A stretch of DNA of 64,000 bases from assembly GCA_030017685.1 (NCBI GenBank), contig JASEHH010000008.1, forward strand, positions 685-64,684. The letters run 5' to 3'. Below the pieces are notes generated by a model, which was given only the letters and a program-made list of their open reading frames with translations, did no database searches and was not told the DNA's origin. Shown here one piece after another: positions 17,669-27,885 of this stretch; position 1 is the stretch's first letter; each line of letters opens with the position of its first letter. This DNA comes from Thermodesulfobacteriota bacterium (GTDB lineage Bacteria > Desulfobacterota > BSN033 > UBA1163). Made by a program: the position numbers and the translations under genes.

Positions 17669-18630
17669 GAAGAAGAGGTTCTTTCATCCTGGGGATTCTC
17701 TTGCTCCTATCAGGCCCCCTCTCTTCGAGCGAGGCCGTGGTCGATCGAATCGTGGCCGTTGTCAATCGGGAGATCATCACCCTCTCGGAGGTCGAGAGGA
17801 TGATCGGTCACCTCAAGGAAGAGATCGAAGGGAGAAACCGCCTGGAGAGGCGGGGGCGCATCAATGAACTTTCTCGAATGGCGCTTGAGAAACTGATCGA
17901 GGAGAAGCTGATCGATCAGGAGGCCAAGAGGTCTGGAATCAAAGCGGCTGCCAAAGAGATCGATGGAGCCATCGATGAGATCAAACGGAGAAATGCGGCC
18001 ACTCAGGAGGACCTGGAAAAAGCCCTGGCCAAAGATGGGTTGACCCTGGAGGTATTTAAGAAAGAGATCGAGAAGAAGATGATCCGGACCAAGCTGGTTC
18101 AATTGGCAGTGAAAGTGGAGCCCAATGTGGGAGAGAAGGAATTAAGGGATTTCTATCTGAAGAATGCGGATCGATACAGGACAGAGGAGTCCTATCGACC
18201 CGGCCACATCCTTTTAAATGTCCCGAAAGAGGCCACCCCTGAAGGGGTTCGCGAAATCAGGGCAAAATGTCAGAAGGTGCTGGCAAAGATTAAGGCAGGA
18301 GAAGATTTCGGAGAGATCGCCATCCTCTACTCAGAGGATATCTCGAGCAAGGATCGGGGAGATCTGGGCGTTTTCAAAAAGGGGGAGCTCCTTCCTGCGT
18401 TTGAAAAGGAGGCGCTACGGCTGAAGGTTGGAGAGGTGAGCGAGGTCTTTAGAACCGATTTCGGTTTTCACATCATCAAACTCCTCGACCGCAAAGGAGG
18501 AGATCCTCTTCCATTTGAGGAGGTGAAAGAGAAGATCCGGCAGGACTACCTTGAAAGGGAATTTGAAAAAGGGCTCAAACAGTTTCTCACCACGCTCAGG
18601 GAGAAATCGATCATCGAAATCAAACTATGA
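17665..18630 (+). CDS. surA: SurA-like periplasmic chaperone/PPIase
   Basis: VDRIVAVVNREIITLSE N-terminus, GHILL, GDLGVF, TDFGFHII; lies directly upstream of pdxA. Confidence 0.82.
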   Translation: MRRRGSFILGILLLLSGPLSSSEAVVDRIVAVVNREIITLSEVERMIGHLKEEIEGRNRLERRGRINELSRMALEKLIEEKLIDQEAKRSGIKAAAKEIDGAIDEIKRRNAATQEDLEKALAKDGLTLEVFKKEIEKKMIRTKLVQLAVKVEPNVGEKELRDFYLKNADRYRTEESYRPGHILLNVPKEATPEGVREIRAKCQKVLAKIKAGEDFGEIAILYSEDISSKDRGDLGVFKKGELLPAFEKEALRLKVGEVSEVFRTDFGFHIIKLLDRKGGDPLPFEEVKEKIRQDYLEREFEKGLKQFLTTLREKSIIEIKL

Positions 18631-18656
18631 ACAGTTCGGAGTAAAAACTTATCCTT

Positions 18657-18760
18657 TTAGAATCCAGAAATCAGAATCCAGAATCCAGAATCCAGAATTA
18701 AAATATCCAACGTCCAAAATGACAAATGATCACCCCATCTCTCCATCCCCCCATCCCCCC
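18657..18760. repeat. Heptamer array (CAGAATC)n and low-complexity spacer
   Basis: AGAATCCAGAAATCAGAATCCAGAATCCAGAATCCAGAATT. Confidence 0.7.
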
Positions 18761-19771
18761 AGAATCAACGCCCTTCCTATCATCGGCATCACCATGGGTG
18801 ATCCCACGGGTATCGGGCCTGAGATTATTGTGAAGGCCCTGTCAGCGGGAGAGCCATTTCAAGCCTGCCGGCCCATTGTCTTCGGAGATGAACAGGTTCT
18901 TCTGGAGGCGATTCGAAGAGAAGGCCTCCCTGGTCGGATAAAAGTCATTGATGAAATTCCTGAAGAGGGATATCAACCCGGGGAAATCTTTCTCTTCCCC
19001 TCAAGCCGATTGGAGGCCAACTCCCTCTCTTTCGGAAAGCCCGACCGGAAGTGCGGCGAAGCCATGGTGAGATATGTCCAAGAGGCAGTGAGGTGGCTGA
19101 AAAGAGCAAAGATCGATGCCATTACCACCTGCCCCATCAATAAACAGGCGATGAACAAAGCCGGCCATCCTTTTTCGGGCCATACCGAGCTCTTAGCCCA
19201 CTTAACTCAAGTCTCTTCTGTGGCGATGATGTTCTTAGGATCGAAGTGGAAGGTGGTTCTGGTCACGACCCATCTTCCCCTCAAAGAGGTGTCGAAATGG
19301 ATTACCCGTGGTCGCATCCTCACTACCATCCGCCTAACCGGGGAGGGCTTGAGAAGATACTTCGGAGTTTCTCAACCCCGGTTGGCTATACTTGGCCTTA
19401 ATCCCCATTGCGGAGAGGAAGGGCTTTTAGGAGAGGAAGAGAAGGACGAGATTATCCCGGCCATTGAGGAGGCGAAAACCCTGGAAATGAAAGTTCAGGG
19501 ACCCTTTCCTGCCGATTCCTTTTTTGACATTTCAAGCCTCCGTAACTTCGATGCTGTGATTGCCATGTATCACGACCAGGGCCTTATTCCCATAAAGATC
19601 TTCGATTTTAGAGAGTCGGTCAATTTCACTCTCGGCTTGCCATTTGTCCGGACCTCTGTTGGACATGGAACCGGTTATGATATTGCGGGGAAGGGATTGG
19701 CTGATCCGGCCAATCTGATCAAAGCTGTTGTCACTGCCGCCAACCTATTAAAATTTAAAAGAGAATTTTAA
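18719..19771 (+). CDS. pdxA: 4-hydroxythreonine-4-phosphate dehydrogenase
   Basis: ITMGDPTGIGPEI, GHTE, LVTTH, GLNPHCGE, GPFPADS, MYHDQG, RTSVGHGT; start codon uncertain. Confidence 0.93.
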   Translation: MTNDHPISPSPHPPRINALPIIGITMGDPTGIGPEIIVKALSAGEPFQACRPIVFGDEQVLLEAIRREGLPGRIKVIDEIPEEGYQPGEIFLFPSSRLEANSLSFGKPDRKCGEAMVRYVQEAVRWLKRAKIDAITTCPINKQAMNKAGHPFSGHTELLAHLTQVSSVAMMFLGSKWKVVLVTTHLPLKEVSKWITRGRILTTIRLTGEGLRRYFGVSQPRLAILGLNPHCGEEGLLGEEEKDEIIPAIEEAKTLEMKVQGPFPADSFFDISSLRNFDAVIAMYHDQGLIPIKIFDFRESVNFTLGLPFVRTSVGHGTGYDIAGKGLADPANLIKAVVTAANLLKFKREF

Positions 19772-19936
19772 TGTCCTGATTTTAGAAAAAATTGTTGACA
19801 AAAGAAAGGATTTGGGCTAAAAACCATACTTGTGAAAAAAATCTTTTGAATTAATCCGGGTCAGGAAACCCGAATCTATACCCTACGGAAACGAACAAAT
19901 CTTCTGACTTACGTTTATTATTAAAAGGAGAATCAT

Positions 19937-21220
19937 ATGAAGGAAGTTGTTGTTGTGAGCGGTGCGAGGACTGCCATTGGTAATTTTGGAGGTTCTCTGA
20001 AGGATGTTCAGGTGGTGAAACTGGGCGCCACTGTCATCAGAGAGGCCTTAAGGAAAGCAGGCCTTAAACCCATCCCGAAGAAGGAATATTCGGAGATTGG
20101 CCCTGATCTACTAAAAGGAGCGGGTATGACCGACCTGGAGAAGACTCATTACCAGTGGGATGGGTCTCTCAAAGAGGTGGAAGTCGATGAGGTTATCATG
20201 GGCAATGTGCTTCAGGCCGGACAGGGACAGAACCCGGCCCGGCAGGCCGTGATCTATGGAGGCATTCCAAAGGAGACGAATGCCTTTACGATCAATAAGG
20301 TCTGCGCTTCGGGTCTCAAGGCGGTTGCCTTAGGGACTCAGGCGATTCAGACAGGAGAAGCGGAGGTGGTCATTGCGGGCGGGATGGAGAATATGAGCCA
20401 GGTTCCCTATGCCTTTCCGCAGGGCCGCTGGGGCGCTAGAATGTTCAACCAGGAGATGGTGGACCTCATGGTCTTCGACGGCCTCTTTGAAATCTTTTAT
20501 GGATATCATATGGGGCTCACCGCTGAAAATATTGCAGAAAAGTACGGGATCTCAAGAAAAGATCAGGACGAAATCGGGCTGCTCAGTCACCAGAGGGCAA
20601 GGGCCGCCATTCAGAAGGGGATTTTAAAAGAGGAGATCATTCCCGTTATCATCCCTCAAAAAAAGGGGGAGCCGCTCATCTTTGATACGGATGAGAGGCC
20701 GATGGATACCTCGCTTGAGAAGATGGGCAAGATTCCCACGGCCTTCAAGTCAGGAGGAACGGTCACGGCCGGCAATGCCTCAGGGATCAATGATGCGGCG
20801 GCAGCGGTTCTTCTGATGTCAAAAGAGAAGGCCAAGGAGATTGGCCTGGAGCCTCTGGGAAAGATCAGAGGTTGCTCCTCCGCAGGGATCGATCCGGCCT
20901 ATATGGGCCTGGGTCCCATTCCTGCGGTGAGAAGGGTGCTTAAAAAAACCGGTCTCTCCCTTGGAGACATCGAACTGATCGAACTGAATGAAGCTTTTGC
21001 CTCCCAGGCGATCGCCTGCATCCGGGAACTGAAGTTCGATATGGAGAAGACCAATGTCAATGGAAGCGGAATCTCCCTGGGCCATCCCATCGGCTGCACA
21101 GGGGCGAGATTGATCGTCTCGCTCCTCTACGAGATGAGAAGGAGGAAGGTGAATCTCGGGCTGGCCACGCTCTGCATCGGCGGCGGCCAGGGCATGGCGA
21201 TGGTCGTGGAAAAGAGTTAA
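19937..21220 (+). CDS. Acetyl-CoA C-acyltransferase (thiolase)
   Basis: [34 protein letters not shown]. Confidence 0.95.
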   Translation: MKEVVVVSGARTAIGNFGGSLKDVQVVKLGATVIREALRKAGLKPIPKKEYSEIGPDLLKGAGMTDLEKTHYQWDGSLKEVEVDEVIMGNVLQAGQGQNPARQAVIYGGIPKETNAFTINKVCASGLKAVALGTQAIQTGEAEVVIAGGMENMSQVPYAFPQGRWGARMFNQEMVDLMVFDGLFEIFYGYHMGLTAENIAEKYGISRKDQDEIGLLSHQRARAAIQKGILKEEIIPVIIPQKKGEPLIFDTDERPMDTSLEKMGKIPTAFKSGGTVTAGNASGINDAAAAVLLMSKEKAKEIGLEPLGKIRGCSSAGIDPAYMGLGPIPAVRRVLKKTGLSLGDIELIELNEAFASQAIACIRELKFDMEKTNVNGSGISLGHPIGCTGARLIVSLLYEMRRRKVNLGLATLCIGGGQGMAMVVEKS

Positions 21221-21379
21221 ATTCGAAGCACGAAATCCCTGCCTTCGCCGAAGCGGCTTCGCGCAGGCAGGCGAAATACGAAACAATTTCAAAATTCAAA
21301 TGATCTAAACTTGTTTTGAATTTCTGTCATTCGATATTCGAATTTGTTTCGGATTTGTGAGACACAAGAAGGAGGAACG

Positions 21380-22162
21380 ATGGAATATAAAAATATTATG
21401 GTATCGTTTGAAAGGGAGATCGGAATCCTGACGATTAACCGTCCCAAGGCCCTCAATGCCTTAAACGTCGAAACGCTCCAGGAGATCCGGTTGGGCATTG
21501 AAGAGGCGAAGGATCAACCGGGGCTAAAGGTTCTCATCGTCACCGGAGCCGGAGAGAAGGCCTTTGTGGCCGGAGCCGATATCCTTCAGATGAAGGAGAT
21601 GAATTCGATCGAAGCCCTCAACTTTTCAAAGACAGGCCACCACACCTTGAAAATGTTACAGGACTTTCACTGTCCGGTCATTGCGGCGGTCAATGGTTTT
21701 GCCCTGGGAGGGGGAACGGAAATCGCCCTTGCCTGTGATTTTATCTATGCCTCTGAGAATGCGAAGTTCGGCCTTCCGGAGGTGACCCTGGGCATCTTTC
21801 CCGGTTTCGGAGGAACACAGAGGCTTCCCCGCCTGATCGGAAAAGGGAATGCAAAGGAACTGATCTTCACCGGGAAGATGATCAGCGCCCAGGAAGCATT
21901 TCAGATGGGGATCGTCAACAAAATCTTTCCCCAGGCATCACTCATGGAAGAGACGAAGAAGGCGGCCCTCCAGATTGCCGGAAATGGAGCCATCGGCGTG
22001 AGGCTGGCAAAGATGGTTATGAATGGCGGCTTCAACATGGATCTCGCAGAAGCCTGCAACCTGGAATCTTATGCCTTTGGCATCGGGTTTTCCTCGGAGG
22101 ATCAGAAAGAAGGGATGCGGGCTTTTATCGAGAAGAGAAAACCCGATTTTAAGGGGAGATAA
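21380..22162 (+). CDS. crt: Enoyl-CoA hydratase (crotonase)
   Basis: INRPKALNAL, AFVAGAD, NGFALGGGTE, PEVTLGIFPGFGGTQRL. Confidence 0.9.
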   Translation: MEYKNIMVSFEREIGILTINRPKALNALNVETLQEIRLGIEEAKDQPGLKVLIVTGAGEKAFVAGADILQMKEMNSIEALNFSKTGHHTLKMLQDFHCPVIAAVNGFALGGGTEIALACDFIYASENAKFGLPEVTLGIFPGFGGTQRLPRLIGKGNAKELIFTGKMISAQEAFQMGIVNKIFPQASLMEETKKAALQIAGNGAIGVRLAKMVMNGGFNMDLAEACNLESYAFGIGFSSEDQKEGMRAFIEKRKPDFKGR

Positions 22163-22173
22163 GGAGGAGCGAA

Positions 22174-22968
22174 GTGAAGATCGTTGTCTGTATCAAGCAA
22201 GTTCCTGATACCACGGATGTGAAGATCAACCCCGAGACCAATACCCTGGTCCGCGAGGGTGTGGCCAGCATTACTAACCCCTTTGATGAGTTTGCCATCG
22301 AAGAGGGACTCCGCACCAGGGAGAAGTATGGCGGTGAGGTTCATGTGATTACCATGGGGCCTCCGCAGGCGATCGAGGTTTTAAAGAATGCGCTGGCCGT
22401 GGGTTGCGACAAAGTCTATCTCGTCTCGGACAGGGCTTTTGCAGGGGCCGATACGCTGGCGACCGCCTATGCCGTGTCCAAGACGATCGAACATATCGGA
22501 GGCGCGGACCTCATCTTCTGCGGAAAGCAGGCCATTGACGGAGATACGGCGCAGGTCGGTCCGGGCGTTGCCACCCGTCTGGGGATCCCGCAACTGACCT
22601 ATGTCTGCAAGGTGAGGGAGATCAATGTCGAACAGAAAAAGGTCGTGGTGGAACGAATGATGGAGAATGGAAGAGAGGTGGTCGAATCGTCGCTCCCCGC
22701 TCTTATCACCGTTGTCAAGGATATCAACGAGCCCAGGCTTCCTTCCCTCCTGGGGATCAAGAGGGCGGCCAAGGCGCAGATCCCGACCCTTTCGGCAAAG
22801 GATATCAATGCCGACGAGAACCGCCTCGGACTGAAGGGCTCGCCCACCTGGGTGACAAAGGTCTTCACGCCCGAGGCCAGAGGGGGAGGAGAGGTCTTGA
22901 AAGGGGAGTTGACGGATGTGGTTCCACTCCTGATCAATAAATTGATGGATTCGAAGTTCATAAAATAA
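22174..22968 (+). CDS. etfB: Electron transfer flavoprotein beta subunit
   Basis: CIKQVPD, NPFD, FAGADTLAT, CGKQAIDGDTAQVGP. Confidence 0.95.
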   Translation: MKIVVCIKQVPDTTDVKINPETNTLVREGVASITNPFDEFAIEEGLRTREKYGGEVHVITMGPPQAIEVLKNALAVGCDKVYLVSDRAFAGADTLATAYAVSKTIEHIGGADLIFCGKQAIDGDTAQVGPGVATRLGIPQLTYVCKVREINVEQKKVVVERMMENGREVVESSLPALITVVKDINEPRLPSLLGIKRAAKAQIPTLSAKDINADENRLGLKGSPTWVTKVFTPEARGGGEVLKGELTDVVPLLINKLMDSKFIK

Positions 22969-23023
22969 AGGACGCTAAGCGCTTAGCGCTTTGCGCATAG
23001 CGTAAAAAATAGGGGGAGAGAGA

Positions 23024-24223
23024 ATGGCGACATTATTGATCGATAAAGAGACGTGCACGGGATGCGAAGCCTGCATTCCTTCCTGTCCCTTCGGGGCATT
23101 GAGCATGAAGGAGGGGATTGCCGTCGTTGACGAGAAGTGCACCTTCTGCGGGGCCTGTGTGGATGTCTGCCCGGTAAGCGCGATTACTATGGAGAAGGAT
23201 GAGAAGGCTGTGACGATCGACGCCGGCGCCTACAAGGATGTCTGGGTCTTCATCGAGCACGAACAGGGAAAGGTCTCCAGCGTCTCCTTTGAACTCCTTG
23301 GAGAGGGAAGAAAGCTGGCCGATGCCATCGGATGCAAATTAAGCGGGTTCATCTTCGGAAAAGAGGCCGAGGGATTTATTAAGGAGGCGATCGCTTACGG
23401 GGCGGAAAAGGTCTATGTGACCGAAAGCTCCCTGCTCGAACCTTATCGGACCGACCCCTTTGCCTGCGCCGCGGTCAACCTCATCCGAAAATATAAACCC
23501 GAAATCGTCCTCTTCGGAGCCACAATTCAGGGACGGGATTTTGCCGGGACGGTTGCCACCACTCTGGGGACAGGACTGACTGCCGATTGCACAGGCCTGG
23601 AGATCGATCCCGAGACGAAATATCTCAAACAGACACGGCCCGCCTTTGGCGGCAATATCATGGCGACCATTCTCGACTATCCCAATTACAGGCCCCAGAT
23701 GTCCACGGTGAGGCCCAAGGTCTTTCCCATGCCCCGAAGGGATGATTCGAGAAACGGGGAGGTGATCCGGGAACCCCTGCCGATGACCGAAGACCAGATC
23801 CGGACAAAGGTTCTGGAATTCATCAAAGGAGCGGAAGCAGTCAATCTGGCTGATGCAGAGATCATCGTTTCAGGAGGCAGAGGGATTGGAAGCGCAGAGA
23901 ACTTCAAGGTGGTCCGCGAACTGGCAGGCGTTCTTGGGGCGGCCGTAGGGGCCTCTCGTGCCGCCGTGGATGCGGGCTGGATCCCTTATGAGCACCAGGT
24001 GGGACAGACCGGCAGGACGGTCAGGCCGAAGATCTATTTTGCCTGCGGCATTTCAGGTTCGATTCAGCATCAGGCCGGGATGAAGACCTCGGACATCATC
24101 GTTGCCATCAATAAGGACCCGGAAGCCCCCATCTTTAAGATTGCCACCTATGGCGTGGTCGGCGACCTCTTCACCATCATCCCCATGATAAAGGAGGAAT
24201 TCAGGAAGAGGCTGGGACGGTAA
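23024..24223 (+). CDS. etfA: Electron transfer flavoprotein alpha subunit with N-terminal 2x[4Fe-4S] ferredoxin domain
   Basis: CTGCEAC..CP and CTFCGAC..CP; GLTADCT, RPAFGGN, QVGQTG, GISGSIQH. Confidence 0.95.
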   Translation: MATLLIDKETCTGCEACIPSCPFGALSMKEGIAVVDEKCTFCGACVDVCPVSAITMEKDEKAVTIDAGAYKDVWVFIEHEQGKVSSVSFELLGEGRKLADAIGCKLSGFIFGKEAEGFIKEAIAYGAEKVYVTESSLLEPYRTDPFACAAVNLIRKYKPEIVLFGATIQGRDFAGTVATTLGTGLTADCTGLEIDPETKYLKQTRPAFGGNIMATILDYPNYRPQMSTVRPKVFPMPRRDDSRNGEVIREPLPMTEDQIRTKVLEFIKGAEAVNLADAEIIVSGGRGIGSAENFKVVRELAGVLGAAVGASRAAVDAGWIPYEHQVGQTGRTVRPKIYFACGISGSIQHQAGMKTSDIIVAINKDPEAPIFKIATYGVVGDLFTIIPMIKEEFRKRLGR

Positions 24224-24277
24224 AGCTACAAAAACAGTAATCAGTGACCAGTATTCAGGATCAAGCATCTTGCTTCC

Positions 24278-24473
24278 GCAATCCATCAGTTACGGGGAGT
24301 CACAAAATTCCTGATAAAAATTTAATTACACCTGATAGGCGGGACATTCTCTCCGAGCCAGAGGCTCTTCTGAGCCGGAGGCCTGTCCCGCCTATGTTGG
24401 AAGCGGGGTTAGACCTGCAGCAGGCCCCGCCTATCGACTCCTACTATCAATGAAATGAAATTACTGTAATTAC
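24278..24473 (+). mobile_element. MITE-like repeat family A, copy 1 (lacks the internal module)
   Basis: GATAGGCGGGACATTCTCTCCGA...GGGGTTAGACCTGCAGCAGGCCCCGCCTATCGACT, shared with 38717-38910 and 51890-52127. Confidence 0.8.
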
Positions 24474-24575
24474 CAGCATCCAGGATCAAGCATCTAACCC
24501 TCCTTTTTTTCTCCTTGCTTTTTTCCCTCCCTTTCATCATAATTGGAAGAAATCATTTGAAGGGGGTTTCCGTCC

Positions 24576-25544
24576 ATGATCGTCACCTGCGCCTCCTGTT
24601 TGACAAAGTATCAACTCGATGATTCAAAAATTTCAGAAAAGGGGGCAAAGGTTCGATGTTCCCGGTGCAAACATGTATTCTATGTCGTCTTGCCTCCGGA
24701 GACGAAAGAGGAAGTGACTGAGAATTTCGAGTCTTTTGCCAAATATCATGAAGAACTGATGGGGCCGGATCAGAGGGGAGTGGGAATTTCCACTCCGGAG
24801 GAAGAGGAAGAAAGGGGAAAAGAGGCGGCGCCCAAGGAGGGGGAAGAGGAGGAGGAAAAATTTCTCTTTTCAGACCAGACTCCTGCAGAGAAAGTGGAGC
24901 CCTTTTCTCTCCCGGAATTTGAAGAAGAGGCGGAGACCGAGATCAGGGAGGCCAAACCGAAAAAAACCGCCATTGATCAGTGGAAAATGAGAGGGGAGAG
25001 AAGAAGGCCTTCCCGTTTATTTGCCCTTGTTGTCGTCATTGCCATTCTAATATTCGGTCTTTTCTACTTATGGGCGGAGATGGAGTCCGGAGGAAAGCTT
25101 TCTTCCTATTTAGAAAATCCCATCAAGAAAGTGACCCAGTTGTGGGAGAAGGTCTGGGGAGCCGAGAAAGAGGGCCTGGTCGTAAAAGACCTGACCGGAT
25201 ATGAGGAAAAGGTGGAAGAATTTCCCCTTTATATCATCGAGGGAAAGGTGGATAACCAATCCCAGAAAACGAAGAAGCTTATTAAAGTGAAAGTGGTCAT
25301 CTTTGATCAGAACAGGATGAAAGTGACTGAGAAGGAGACTCTTTGCGGCCGGACCATCGGCCGAGGAGAGCTAAAAAATCTTCCCTCCGACTTCTTTTCC
25401 GGAGAAATGATCATCCAGCCTAAAACGGAGAAGGAGATGATCGCCCCTTCGGGCAAGGCCGTTCCCTTTGTGGTCGTCTTCAAGGACTTGCCCGCTCAGG
25501 CCAAAGAGTTCAAAGTCGAGATCGTCGAAGCCCCAAGCCTTTAA
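24576..25544 (+). CDS. MJ0042-type zinc-ribbon / DUF3426-like membrane-anchored protein
   Basis: MIVTCASC..KVRCSRCKHVF zinc finger, acidic linker, one TM helix, periplasmic beta domain. Confidence 0.8.
   Translation: MIVTCASCLTKYQLDDSKISEKGAKVRCSRCKHVFYVVLPPETKEEVTENFESFAKYHEELMGPDQRGVGISTPEEEEERGKEAAPKEGEEEEEKFLFSDQTPAEKVEPFSLPEFEEEAETEIREAKPKKTAIDQWKMRGERRRPSRLFALVVVIAILIFGLFYLWAEMESGGKLSSYLENPIKKVTQLWEKVWGAEKEGLVVKDLTGYEEKVEEFPLYIIEGKVDNQSQKTKKLIKVKVVIFDQNRMKVTEKETLCGRTIGRGELKNLPSDFFSGEMIIQPKTEKEMIAPSGKAVPFVVVFKDLPAQAKEFKVEIVEAPSL
25503..25544 (+). repeat. Direct repeat, left copy (3' end of the zinc-ribbon gene)
   Basis: AAAGAGTTCAAAGTCGAGATCGTCGAAGCCCC; 31/32 identical to 34548-34579. 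Confidence 0.85.
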
Positions 25545-25575
25545 AAAAACTAAGTCCGTTACTTTATCGAACTGC

Positions 25576-27159
25576 TCAAATATTGAGGATCTCCTCTGTC
25601 TTCGATTTATCCATATCCATCACATACTTGATGCCGCTGATTTCCGATGCCTCGCGTGTCAGGGCGGCAATGTCATCCCGGGATAGGAATTCGAGAGAAA
25701 ACTTTCGGCTCCCGGCCATGAGCTGGCGAAGACCCTGAGCCAGACGTTCATAGTAGGTATAGAGGCCAAGGGCGCCGGTAGGTATTTTCTCGAACTCTAC
25801 ATCACCCAATTCCTTACGCAATGAACTTGCCGTTACAAAAATTTCATCTTTGGTTTGACCGAAGCGTTCGATATAGACAGGAACCTGATGGTTTTCGATC
25901 GTCCGGCCAATGGTCTTTCCCACCATGGCCGCAGCGACCGGAGCCCTGGCCATCCCGACGAGTTTGACAAAAGGGGCGCCCAGGGCAAGGGCCTTGAAGA
26001 TGCTGTCTTCGAAGATGAACCCTCCTCCCACGGCCAGGGGAGGCACATATTTTTTATTCAGGTGGAGATAGGAGGCATATCGATAGAGGAGGGAGTGAAG
26101 TTCGACAGGAGGGACTCCCCATTCATTCATCATTCGCCAGGGGCTCATGCCGGTTCCGCCTCCGGCGGCATCCACCGTGAGAAGGTCGAGCCTATATTTT
26201 GAGGCGAAGGCGATTGCCCTGGCAAGGTCAGCCGGGCGATAGGCGCCGGTTTTGAGGAAGAGGTATTTGGCCCCGGCTTTACGCAGGGCTTCGACTCTCT
26301 CTGCAAAAGATTCTTCCGAGACCATCCCTACCCGTGAGTGCCGTTCAAACTCCTTAAAGGCCTTGCGCTCGAATGCCCTGATCACATCGGGATCGGTCGG
26401 ATCGGGCAGGACGATATAACCCCGTTCATGGAGCATCTGGGCTTTTTCAAGATCTTTGACCTTTACTTCGCCGCCGATATCCTTTGCTCCCTGCCCCCAT
26501 TTAAGTTCAATACATTTGACCCCAAGGTTTTCAATGGCGTACTCATGAGTTCCAAGACGGGTATCTTCAATATTGGCCTGAACAACGATTGCTCCATAGC
26601 CATCGCGCTGGTAATCCTTATAGAGTTGGACCCGGCGTTTCAGTTCCACCGTATCGATGACCCTGCCATCTTTGATCACAGCCTCCGGGTCCATGCCAAC
26701 GACATTTTCTCCGATGGTCAGGCCAGTCCCTGAAAGGGCGGATCCAATTGCCAACCCTTCCCAATTGTTTTTGGCAATGTCGGTTGAGCCGATTCCGGAG
26801 ATCAGCCAGGGGTAACGAAACTTTATCCCTTTATCATGGCCGATCGTCACTGCGAGATTGACCAATGGAAAGATCGCCTTATCACTGTCCGGTTCGATCC
26901 CCTGGGCCCCTACCGCAGTGCCCATAATATTAAAATGGGAGTAATCCACAGGGTAATTCTTTTCGGAAGCGGTGGTGATGACTCCGAAGGGTTGCGGGTA
27001 GATCACTTCATGGCCCCGGTAAGCGGATTTGCCGATCTCGCACATTCCGATACAACCATCCACACAGGTCACGCACATCCCTGAAGCGGGGACCACGGAA
27101 CCTTCGGTCCTGTTTTTCGTCAGGGTTGCTGCCGAGGCATTGATCCTGGATAAGGACAT
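25576..27159 (-). CDS. Stand-alone FMN-binding glutamate-synthase-like protein
   Basis: N-terminal CVTCVDGCIGMC, IELKWGQGAKDIGGE, TVDAAGGGTG, KALALGA..VGMAR; no glutamine amidotransferase domain. Confidence 0.82.
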   Translation of the reverse strand: MSLSRINASAATLTKNRTEGSVVPASGMCVTCVDGCIGMCEIGKSAYRGHEVIYPQPFGVITTASEKNYPVDYSHFNIMGTAVGAQGIEPDSDKAIFPLVNLAVTIGHDKGIKFRYPWLISGIGSTDIAKNNWEGLAIGSALSGTGLTIGENVVGMDPEAVIKDGRVIDTVELKRRVQLYKDYQRDGYGAIVVQANIEDTRLGTHEYAIENLGVKCIELKWGQGAKDIGGEVKVKDLEKAQMLHERGYIVLPDPTDPDVIRAFERKAFKEFERHSRVGMVSEESFAERVEALRKAGAKYLFLKTGAYRPADLARAIAFASKYRLDLLTVDAAGGGTGMSPWRMMNEWGVPPVELHSLLYRYASYLHLNKKYVPPLAVGGGFIFEDSIFKALALGAPFVKLVGMARAPVAAAMVGKTIGRTIENHQVPVYIERFGQTKDEIFVTASSLRKELGDVEFEKIPTGALGLYTYYERLAQGLRQLMAGSRKFSLEFLSRDDIAALTREASEISGIKYVMDMDKSKTEEILNI

Positions 27160-27181
27160 TTGTCATTCTCCTTTCTTTTTC

Positions 27182-27859
27182 TCAATCTTTTTTGATCTCG
27201 CAGGCCACACAGGGCTCCATATAACACATCATGTCATCGAAAGAATTCTTCTCAAGGCAGGGCGGACTCAGATTGGCGCATCCTCCACAAATTGCCTTAT
27301 CAGGCTCCGTATAGGTGCATCGAAGCTGACAGGCCGGACAGACATACATGCAGGCCCCGCACAGACGGCAGACCTCTGACTTGAGGTCAAAGGGAGTGCC
27401 CAGGCTTCTTTTCTCACCCCGACTACGGAAACCGATGGCCTTGGCCGCCATCTGCTCTTCACAGACCCGGACGCACCGGCCACAGAGAATACAATCGTCA
27501 TGCTCCTGTTTGAAACGTTGCTGGCGAACGTCATAACTGGAGGCCAGATCCTGAATGGTCTTTGATTGCGGGCAGGAGGCGAGAAAAAGCTCCAGAATCA
27601 TCTTCCGGGCTTTGACCACCCGCGAGGAGGCGGTGCGCACCTGAAGGCCTTCTTCAACCGGATAGGTGCAGGAGGTGACCAGTTTGGCGTTCGCTCCCTG
27701 GCCGATCTCCACCACACAGAGACGGCAGGCCCCATAGGGGGAGAGTCCGTCAAGATGACAGAGCGTGGGGATAGGGAACCCATAGAACCTTGAGGCCTCA
27801 AGCAGAGTTGTTCCCTCTTCCGCCGAAACTTCTAAGCCATTGATATGGAGAGTGACCAT
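27182..27859 (-). CDS. NuoG/HoxU-like [2Fe-2S]+2x[4Fe-4S] subunit with Cys-rich tail
   Basis: IPTLCH..GACRLCVVE..SC; CILCGRCVRVC; CRLCGACMYVCP; extra C-terminal cysteines. Confidence 0.85.
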   Translation of the reverse strand: MVTLHINGLEVSAEEGTTLLEASRFYGFPIPTLCHLDGLSPYGACRLCVVEIGQGANAKLVTSCTYPVEEGLQVRTASSRVVKARKMILELFLASCPQSKTIQDLASSYDVRQQRFKQEHDDCILCGRCVRVCEEQMAAKAIGFRSRGEKRSLGTPFDLKSEVCRLCGACMYVCPACQLRCTYTEPDKAICGGCANLSPPCLEKNSFDDMMCYMEPCVACEIKKD

Positions 27860-27885
27860 GGTTTTAATCCTTGTTTTGAGTCCGT

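Noticed and set aside
24244-24453. Small ORFs over repeats (also 39814-40011, 51898-52086, 53977-54159)
   Set aside because: They are translations of MITE/heptamer DNA without RBS or protein-like features.
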